DNA of 32,000 nt from Desulfotalea psychrophila LSv54 (GTDB lineage: Bacteria; Desulfobacterota; Desulfobulbia; Desulfobulbales; Desulfocapsaceae), in contig NC_006138.1 in assembly GCF_000025945.1 (NCBI RefSeq), positions 1,740,001 to 1,772,000 on the forward strand, read 5' to 3'. A model generated the notes under the pieces. The model worked only from the letters and a program-made list of their open reading frames with translations. It was not told the DNA's origin and did no database searches. Positions 25,777 through 32,000 of the stretch are shown piece after piece. The position numbers and the translations under genes were made by a program. Position 1 is the stretch's first letter; every line of letters starts with the position of its first letter.

Positions 25777-25900
25777 CTCCACTTTCTGTAATGTCTCTAA
25801 CTGAGGTGATACACAAATATCTTGCTAAACACAAGGAATAAGCTACTAGAGTCGCACGCAATATACAGAAAGTAACTTATAAAGAAATGATCCATCCCCC
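25777..25900. repeat. copy B of the ~122-bp block shared with 20519-20640
   Basis: See copy A. On the minus strand it contains TTGTGT-N17-TATCAC (25806-25834) and the SD of the DUF3800 gene. The plus-strand end carries the stub ATGATCCATCCCCCTCTTGGTAGCATGTAG. Confidence 0.75.
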
Positions 25901-26096
25901 TCTTGGTAGCATGTAGCAAGTTCTCCTCACCCTGTTTCAAAACCCCCCCAAACGAAACACCTGTCAATAATCTTTAATAGCACGTACACGGCCATAGACG
26001 GCCATAAACGCGCATACACGTCTGGCGCCTAAAACAGGGTGTACTATCTCCGTATAAGTTTTGAGCTTTTTTAATAACCTCTGCGGAGAGAATCTC

Positions 26097-26330
26097 GTGG
26101 CCCCTATTGTCTGTAGTTTAGAAGAGTACCAAGCAGCACGTACAGCCAGAACCCGTCTGATAGAGGGCGCCAGGGCGGTGCGAGTGACCATCGACGGTGA
26201 CAGCACCGAGTTTACTCAGGTGAGTCTGCCCCAGCTCAACGAGACCATTGCCGGAATGCAGGCATACCAGAACTTGACCAGTGGTAATGGTGTGGTGGCC
26301 TTCAATATTCACGGCTGCAAGGGCTTCTGA
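26097..26330 (+). CDS. gpW-like head-tail joining protein
   Basis: GTG at 26097 lies 7 nt after SD GGAGAG. About 77 aa. 'LEEYQAARTARTRLIEGARAVRVTIDGDSTEFTQVSLPQLNETIAGMQ' fits the gpW pattern, and the gene sits immediately before the portal gene. Confidence 0.6.
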   Translation: MAPIVCSLEEYQAARTARTRLIEGARAVRVTIDGDSTEFTQVSLPQLNETIAGMQAYQNLTSGNGVVAFNIHGCKGF

Positions 26331-26331
26331 T

Positions 26332-27849
26332 ATGGGATCAATCGTCGATATGCACGGCAGACCCTTTGCCCAGGCCAGTTCCTCCGGAGGTTTTGGCCCT
26401 CTCTATGAGGGGGCATCCACCGCTGATCGGATCGGTACCTGGGGGCTTTCACCGGCTGGGCCCAACGTTGGCCAGAACGGGATCATTGCCATCAAGAAAC
26501 GCTCCCGCCAGAGCGAGCGCAATAATCCCACTGCCAACGGGGCCATCGATGCCTTTGTCTCCAACCTTGTCGGTACTGCCATCTCTCCTGCCTGGCAAAT
26601 TGATAATTTATTGCAAAAGGAGGAGCTGGAATCCCTCTGGCAGGACTCCCAGAAACAGCTTGATTATGTGGGCTTCACCGACTTCTACGGACAGCTTGAG
26701 CTTATCTGCCGCTCCATGGTGCGTGATGGTGAAGGTCTTGCCGTGATCCATGAGTTGCAACCCTCCCTTGATAATATTGTCCCCATTCAGATCCAGCCCC
26801 TGGAGTCTGACCACCTCGACCCCAACTTCAACGATATTTCGCCCGAAGGAAACGAGATCCGTTTCGCCATCGAGTGGAAGGCGGGTAAACGCTATCGCTA
26901 CTGGCTCTATGACAACCATCCGGGCGAGGTCTTTCTCTGCGCGGATAATATCAGACGAATTCCTGTGCCAGCGGCAGATGTTCTCCATGTCTTCCGTCTG
27001 AAAAGGGCAGGGCAGTGTCGTGGCAGTGGTTGGCTCGGTTCTGTGATCACCAAGCTTCATGACATTGATGTCTATGACGATGCCGAGCTTGTCCGGAAGA
27101 AAGCGGCCGCCCTCTGGGGTGGTTTCATCTATCAGGATAATCAGGTGGCATCTACTTCCAGTAATCCCTTTGGTGGCACCCCTGGGGCCAGATCAAACGG
27201 CGTGCAGAGCATTGAGCTGAAGGCGGGCCATTTTCCCGTATTGCGAGATGGAATGAAGATCGCCTTCTCCGAGTCGGCCGATGTGGGCAACAACTATAAA
27301 GAGTTTATGAAGACTCAGTTTCGCCTCATTGCCCGGGGCATTGGCATCACCTATGAGCAACTCACCGGCGATCTGGAAGGGGTGACCTATAGCTCTATCC
27401 GCTCCGGCCTCATCGAATTTCGCAGACTCTGTGAAACCATTATCGCCCGTACCCTGGTCTTTCAGTACTGCCGACCCATCGTCGATCGTTGGATTCGTGC
27501 TGCCATCCTCAACGGTTGTCTCAAGACCATCACCCCTGGTGAGTATCTTGCCAATCCCCGTCTCTTTCATCGGGTTGATTGGCATCCCCATGGTTGGGAT
27601 TTCACCGATCCAGTCAAGGACCGAGTGGCTGAGCTGATGGATATCAGAAGCGGGATCAAGAGTCGTCGGCAGGTGGTGGCCAAACGTAATGGCAGTGTTG
27701 AGGTGGTGGATCGTGAGAACCGCGAAGACCTGCAACGTGCCGTGGATAATGGCCTTGTCTACGATTGCTATCCCGGCCAGACCACGGGCAGTGGTGCGAT
27801 TCAAAAGGTAAGCGAACAAGTAATTCTACAATCCCTGGAGACAAAATGA
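26332..27849 (+). CDS. portal protein, lambda gpB family
   Basis: ATG at 26332 directly after the gpW stop. About 505 aa. Lies between gpW and the S49 protease, with motif-rich similarity to lambda-family portals (recollection). Confidence 0.85.
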   Translation: MGSIVDMHGRPFAQASSSGGFGPLYEGASTADRIGTWGLSPAGPNVGQNGIIAIKKRSRQSERNNPTANGAIDAFVSNLVGTAISPAWQIDNLLQKEELESLWQDSQKQLDYVGFTDFYGQLELICRSMVRDGEGLAVIHELQPSLDNIVPIQIQPLESDHLDPNFNDISPEGNEIRFAIEWKAGKRYRYWLYDNHPGEVFLCADNIRRIPVPAADVLHVFRLKRAGQCRGSGWLGSVITKLHDIDVYDDAELVRKKAAALWGGFIYQDNQVASTSSNPFGGTPGARSNGVQSIELKAGHFPVLRDGMKIAFSESADVGNNYKEFMKTQFRLIARGIGITYEQLTGDLEGVTYSSIRSGLIEFRRLCETIIARTLVFQYCRPIVDRWIRAAILNGCLKTITPGEYLANPRLFHRVDWHPHGWDFTDPVKDRVAELMDIRSGIKSRRQVVAKRNGSVEVVDRENREDLQRAVDNGLVYDCYPGQTTGSGAIQKVSEQVILQSLETK

Positions 27850-29147
27850 TTACCCCGCATATTGTCAGTGAAGTTTTAAACCGTCCCCTCCTGGTTACCC
27901 CCGATAAGCTCCACGCTATTCTCGGGGTGCTCAATAGCAAGAACGAGGGACATCTTGACCTTGATCTTGCAGCCCTTGCCCCCCTTCTGGGTGCGGATAA
28001 AAACGGTATGGCCACTCGGGCAGAATCCCGACCCGTGCGCAGAAGCAGTGATGAGGAGAAGCGGGTGGCCATCATCCCCGTGATCGGCAGTCTTGTCGCC
28101 CGTAACCGTGGTTTTGACGATGGCTCCGGTCTGCGCTCCTACCGAACCATTGCCCATGAGATCGACCAGGCCCTGGCGGATCAGTCCATCCTCGGCATCG
28201 TCCTCGATATTGACTCCTACGGTGGGGCGGCCGCTGGCTGTGCGCGTCTGGCCGGGCATATTAAGGAGGCCGGTCTCGTGAAACCCATCTATGCCAATAT
28301 TGATCTCAACTGTTTTTCGGCAGCCACCTGGATCGCCTCTGCATGCACTAAGGTCTTTTTGAGCGACGGGCTGGATGCGGGGATGGGTTCCGTGGGCTGT
28401 ATTGCCATCCATCGGGACCAGAGTGTCAAGAACGAGAAGGAGGGCGAGGTCTATACAGCCGTCTATTTTGGTGAGCGTAAGAATGATTTTAGCCCTCACC
28501 AACCACTCTCGGGTGATTTGCAGACCAAGATGCAGGCTGGGGTGGATCGGATGGGCCATGCCTTTGCCGCCGCCGTGGCAGAGAATCGTGGCCTTGATCT
28601 ACAGGCCGTCCTTAAGATGCAGGCGGGTACCTTCTATGGCCAGGATGCCATCACCCATGGTCTTGCCGATGGTGTTGCCAGCCTTACCGAAACCGTCGCC
28701 CTGCTTGGTGCAGAGGCAGAAGAAAGAGAACGGGCTTCCGTTCATAACACAACAGGCCTGACTCAGGCAAAAAACAGAGGTGAAACTATGTCACTATCCG
28801 AAAAACTCTCCGCACTTCTGGCAGAAGAGGGGGCGGTACAGGCCCTGGCCAAACTTGGCTACATTGCAGCCGATGCGGCAAAAACAGAGATGAGCGAGGC
28901 GCTTACCGCCCAAAAGAGCAGCTGTCTTGATGCCGTTAATCTGGCCGCCATCGCCGGGGCCAATGCCCTGCAGGTGAAGGCTATTTTGGAGGGTGAGAAT
29001 CTTTCCAGCGAGCATGTGGGCGCGACCCTGCAGTCCATGCGTGCCAGTGCCGGGGCCAAGAATCTTGCCTCCACCATTTCGCATGCGGCCGGTGATGGTA
29101 AACATCCCCTGGTGGCAGCGGCTGAAAAAGTTCAGAAGTCTGCCTGA
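27846..29147 (+). CDS. S49-family (ClpP-fold) prohead protease, lambda gpC-like
   Basis: ATGA overlap with the portal stop. 'VAIIPVIGSL', 'LDIDSYGGAAAG' and 'CFSAATWIASAC' are S49/SppA-type motifs. Confidence 0.8.
   Translation: MITPHIVSEVLNRPLLVTPDKLHAILGVLNSKNEGHLDLDLAALAPLLGADKNGMATRAESRPVRRSSDEEKRVAIIPVIGSLVARNRGFDDGSGLRSYRTIAHEIDQALADQSILGIVLDIDSYGGAAAGCARLAGHIKEAGLVKPIYANIDLNCFSAATWIASACTKVFLSDGLDAGMGSVGCIAIHRDQSVKNEKEGEVYTAVYFGERKNDFSPHQPLSGDLQTKMQAGVDRMGHAFAAAVAENRGLDLQAVLKMQAGTFYGQDAITHGLADGVASLTETVALLGAEAEERERASVHNTTGLTQAKNRGETMSLSEKLSALLAEEGAVQALAKLGYIAADAAKTEMSEALTAQKSSCLDAVNLAAIAGANALQVKAILEGENLSSEHVGATLQSMRASAGAKNLASTISHAAGDGKHPLVAAAEKVQKSA
28788..29147 (+). CDS. nested in-frame scaffold protein (Nu3-like)
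   Basis: Internal in-frame ATG at 28788 lies 5 nt after a strong SD AGAGGTGA. The 119-aa Ala/Leu-rich helical product shares the stop with the protease gene, as lambda C/Nu3 do. Confidence 0.5.
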   Translation: MSLSEKLSALLAEEGAVQALAKLGYIAADAAKTEMSEALTAQKSSCLDAVNLAAIAGANALQVKAILEGENLSSEHVGATLQSMRASAGAKNLASTISHAAGDGKHPLVAAAEKVQKSA

Positions 29148-29192
29148 AACAATTTTAATGTTGCGCCTTAATATCCCGACAAGGAGGAACTC

Positions 29193-29567
29193 ATGCCAGT
29201 AAAAACAGAATCCAATACCCTTTCCGATGGATTGAAATGGGAACAGGACGCCAACTATTCCCGGGCCAAGGTGACCATCGCCTACCATGCCAAGGCTCCC
29301 CTGCTCGCGGTTTTGGGGCAGGTCACCACCAGTGGCAAATATAAACCGCTTAATCCCGCCGGCGACGATGGCACAGAAAAAGCCGCCGGAATCTCTCTGC
29401 TGGCAGTCGATGCCAGTGGCGGAGATTGTGCCGGTGTCATCTTAAACGATGATGCCTTGGTCAATATGGATGCCCTGGTCTGGCCTGACGCAATAACCGT
29501 TGAGCAGAAGGCCGCCGCAATCGTTGAGCTTTCGGCCCTCGGTATCAAGGCCGTTTCCGTTGCCTAA
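29193..29567 (+). CDS. head decoration protein (gpD-like)
   Basis: SD AAGGAGGA. 124 aa. 'LGQVTTSGKYKPLNPAGDDGTEKAAGISLLAVDA...ALVWPD' matches the head-decoration-protein pattern, and the gene lies just before the major capsid gene. Confidence 0.65.
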   Translation: MPVKTESNTLSDGLKWEQDANYSRAKVTIAYHAKAPLLAVLGQVTTSGKYKPLNPAGDDGTEKAAGISLLAVDASGGDCAGVILNDDALVNMDALVWPDAITVEQKAAAIVELSALGIKAVSVA

Positions 29568-29599
29568 ACAGATACACATCAACCTACTCGGAGAATATT

Positions 29600-30622
29600 A
29601 TGTCTGATCTTATTGTTAATCCCTTTGATGACGGGGGCTATGACCTGGCCACCATGACCACTGCGGTCAACATCATTCCCAATAAATATGGTCGGCTGCG
29701 TAGCATGGGCCTCTTTGCCCGTGAGCCGGTGCAGAGTCGGGTCATCATTGTTGAAGAGAAGAATGGCCATCTCACCCTCCTGCCTTCCCTGCCTCCTGGT
29801 AGCCCTGGTACCCGGGCAAAAAATGGTAAGGGCAAAACCAGATCCTTTATCATTCCCCATATTCCCTACGACGATGTGGTTCGTCCCTCGGATATTCAGG
29901 ATAAACGCGAGGCCGGCACCTCCAACCCAAAAACCCTTGAAACCGTGATGATGCAACGTCTCACCGGTATTCGTGGTTCTCATGCCATCACCGAAGAGCA
30001 TCTCATGTGCGGGGCAATCAAGGGGATCATTCTCGATGCCGATGGCAGCGAGCTTTACGATCTCTATAAGGAGTTTGGTATCACCGCCAAGGTCATCGCC
30101 TTTGCCCTGGGTGCCGAGGGCGGCGATGTGGCGGCTAAGTGTCGCCAGGTTGTGCGTCATATCGAAGACAACCTGCTGGGTGAGGTGATGAGCGGTGTGC
30201 ACTGTATCTGTGGCGAGATGTTCATGGACGACCTCATCTCTGATCCGAGCGTTGAGAAGTTCTTCCTGAACCACACTAAGGCTCTGCAGCTTGCGGGTAT
30301 TGATGAAGATCCACGTAAGGGCTTTGTCTTTGGTGGAATCACCTTCGAGGAGTATCGGGCCAAGGCAACGGATCCAAGCACCGGTAAAGCCCGAAGCTTC
30401 ATCGGCGCAGATGATGCCCACTTTTTCCCCGTGGGTACCATGAACACCTTTAAGATCCACGATGCGCCGGCGGAGTATATGGAGACCGTAAACACCTTTG
30501 GTCAACCCCTCTATGCTAAGCAGGTGATGTCGGCCGATGGCAAGAAGATAGATATCCTCAGTGAGTCCAATCCACTGCCTATCTGTCGTCGTCCTGGTCT
30601 TTTGGTTAAGGGCACCAAGTAA
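29600..30622 (+). CDS. major capsid protein, lambda gpE family
   Basis: 340 aa. N-terminus 'LIVNPFDDGGYDLATMTTAVNIIPNKYGRLRSMGLF' is characteristic of the gpE family. SD GGAGAA. Confidence 0.85.
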   Translation: MSDLIVNPFDDGGYDLATMTTAVNIIPNKYGRLRSMGLFAREPVQSRVIIVEEKNGHLTLLPSLPPGSPGTRAKNGKGKTRSFIIPHIPYDDVVRPSDIQDKREAGTSNPKTLETVMMQRLTGIRGSHAITEEHLMCGAIKGIILDADGSELYDLYKEFGITAKVIAFALGAEGGDVAAKCRQVVRHIEDNLLGEVMSGVHCICGEMFMDDLISDPSVEKFFLNHTKALQLAGIDEDPRKGFVFGGITFEEYRAKATDPSTGKARSFIGADDAHFFPVGTMNTFKIHDAPAEYMETVNTFGQPLYAKQVMSADGKKIDILSESNPLPICRRPGLLVKGTK

Positions 30623-30927
30623 TGAGCAAACTTCACGACGATACCCTGGAGGCCTATGCCACTAATCCTGATCTCTTTGGTCGGGAGATAGGCGTTGATG
30701 GCAGGCCCTGTTGTGGGGTGAAACGGGAGCTGGATTGGCGTGAGAAACAGGATTGTGGTTTTGAACTTGGTATCGAGGCGATTCGGCTGACCCTGGCCCG
30801 GGACTTTTTTGAGGTCGTTCCCGTGCGTCGGCAACAGCTTGAGGTTGATGGTTTTCTCTATGATGTCGATGATGTCAAAATTCGGGGCCATCTGCTCAGA
30901 ATTCTCTTATCGAGGTACTCCTCATGA
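30622..30927 (+). CDS. hypothetical head-completion/packaging-associated protein
   Basis: TAATG overlap with the capsid gene stop. 101 aa. Confidence 0.5.
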   Translation: MSKLHDDTLEAYATNPDLFGREIGVDGRPCCGVKRELDWREKQDCGFELGIEAIRLTLARDFFEVVPVRRQQLEVDGFLYDVDDVKIRGHLLRILLSRYSS

Positions 30928-31526
30928 TCAGTCTGGATCTGAATACAGATGTCGCCCAACAGCTGGCAAAGCAGGTGACAGGTACCCAGGGACAGATGAA
31001 GAAGGCCTTTCGGGGTGCCCTGAGTGATACGGGAAGTGCCGGTGTAACTTTTGTGAAAAAACGGGTTAGTGCCTCAACGCGAGTTGCGCAGAAGCGTTTA
31101 GCTGTGCGGATGAAAAAAAAGATTCTCAATTATGATGAGCATCCCGAAGTTGAGCTCTTCTTTGGCGCCAATCCCGTGGCTTTTCATACAATCGGCACCC
31201 TCACCCAGACCAGAAGTGGGGTGACAGCTGGGCGGATGCATCGGAAAGGGGCCTTTACTCCGGCTAATGGTGGTCTTGGTGGTAGGGCCTTTATTCGGGC
31301 TTCTTCAAAGCATTTTAAGCCGGAGTTTTATTCGACAGAAAGTTTTTTTAAGGGATCGGTCGTGAGTAAGTACGGGAGCGTCAAGAGTCGTTTTCCTCTC
31401 CGGTTAGCCACTGTCCAGATTAACGATGAGGTGGGTGCTGCTGTGGAAGAGTTTTCCGGTCATGTTCAGGAAATTTTCGATAAGAAGTTCAAGCAACGTA
31501 TGAACTATGAGGTGAATGTGAAATGA
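30924..31526 (+). CDS. hypothetical virion morphogenesis protein
   Basis: ATGA overlap with the preceding gene. 200 aa. Confidence 0.5.
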   Translation: MISLDLNTDVAQQLAKQVTGTQGQMKKAFRGALSDTGSAGVTFVKKRVSASTRVAQKRLAVRMKKKILNYDEHPEVELFFGANPVAFHTIGTLTQTRSGVTAGRMHRKGAFTPANGGLGGRAFIRASSKHFKPEFYSTESFFKGSVVSKYGSVKSRFPLRLATVQINDEVGAAVEEFSGHVQEIFDKKFKQRMNYEVNVK

Positions 31527-31984
31527 ACCAAAGTTTTGCTACTCAATTTACTGAACGTCTCCAGGAGCTGGTGGCGGATCTCAGGTATTTCCATAAGCCC
31601 ACCGGCAAGTGGATTGCCCCCAGGGTGGTTGAAACCATGTTTCTGGCCCGGGCGCGAGGGCAGAAGGAAGATTGTGAGTATCCCGCCATTCGTTGGGCCA
31701 TCTATAAGGGGGCCTTTGATCGGCATCGACCTCAGCCTTTTTCGGTGATTCTTAATCTTGGTCTTTTGCTTGATACCTCCTGTGAGTCGGTGGTTGAGGG
31801 AACTGCAAACATAATAGAGTTCACCAATGCCGTGGGTAAGCTCTGTGAGAAGCCCATCTTTGCCCCCTATAAATTAAAGACACCAATCCCCTTTCAGATT
31901 GGTGATCCCACGGAAGGGCAGGAGGGTATGCAGCCACATCCATATTATTGGTCGAGCATGCATCTGGATTTTTTAAAGTCTTAA
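31523..31984 (+). CDS. hypothetical virion morphogenesis protein
   Basis: ATGA overlap with the preceding gene. 153 aa. Confidence 0.5.
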   Translation: MNQSFATQFTERLQELVADLRYFHKPTGKWIAPRVVETMFLARARGQKEDCEYPAIRWAIYKGAFDRHRPQPFSVILNLGLLLDTSCESVVEGTANIIEFTNAVGKLCEKPIFAPYKLKTPIPFQIGDPTEGQEGMQPHPYYWSSMHLDFLKS

Positions 31985-32000
31985 TAAGGAGAAGGTCATG

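Larger units (their letters stand above)
9075..32000. mobile_element. temperate-phage-like element (prophage); continues past the window end, and its left limit may be as far left as ~2500
   Basis: Repressor/Ner switch, replication module, and a lambda-order head module with translational coupling. No integrase is present in the window. Confidence 0.75.

Noticed and set aside
27193-28559. Minus-strand ORFs of 208 aa and 227 aa antisense to the portal and protease genes
   Set aside because: Shadow ORFs in GC-rich coding DNA. The plus-strand genes carry recognisable portal and S49 motifs.
29579-30505. 308-aa minus-strand ORF antisense to the major capsid gene
   Set aside because: Shadow ORF of the gpE-family gene. 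The plus-strand gene has a family-typical N-terminus, an SD and translational coupling.

Overview
All calls were made by eye from the ORF track and raw sequence. No searches were run, so family names rest on remembered motifs and start codons on Shine-Dalgarno (SD) inspection.

Layout:
- 1-2.2 kb is an apparent chromosomal flank: a polar amino-acid ABC permease and a P-loop protein resembling cyclic-2,3-diphosphoglycerate synthetase.
- From there to the window end lies a temperate-phage-like element.
- Its lysogeny switch is a cI/XRE-like repressor divergent from a Mu-Ner-like protein (9.1-9.8 kb).
- Early and replication genes occupy 10-14.9 kb: HTH proteins, a D5/P4-type SF3 helicase, an iteron-rich origin-like region, and a Zn-finger/Toprim primase.
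- Small ORFs follow, then a lambda-type head module in canonical order: terS?, terL (gpA-like), gpW, portal (gpB), S49 protease (gpC) with a nested Nu3-like scaffold, gpD-like decoration protein, gpE-like major capsid protein, and three coupled downstream genes.
- No integrase, rRNA, intact tRNA or CRISPR array is visible.

Two visibly AT-rich cargo islands, both encoded on the minus strand, stand out.
- Island 1 (2655-8124) lies downstream of and co-oriented with the repressor gene. It carries a DUF4041/T5orf172 protein, an AbiC-like membrane protein, a soluble KAP-family P-loop NTPase, a Trp-rich 120-aa protein and a 3-TM protein.
- Island 2 (19113-25900) splits the head module between terL and gpW. 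It carries a 468-aa Cys-motif protein, a KAP NTPase with transmembrane segments inserted in the P-loop domain plus a 234-aa membrane partner, a tRNA 3'-end fragment, and a DUF3800-like protein. Two of its genes are preceded by the same ~122-bp block.

The best candidates for an undescribed system are the KAP-NTPase-centred modules. Island 2 as a whole ranks first, followed by the KAP/120-aa/3-TM trio of island 1.
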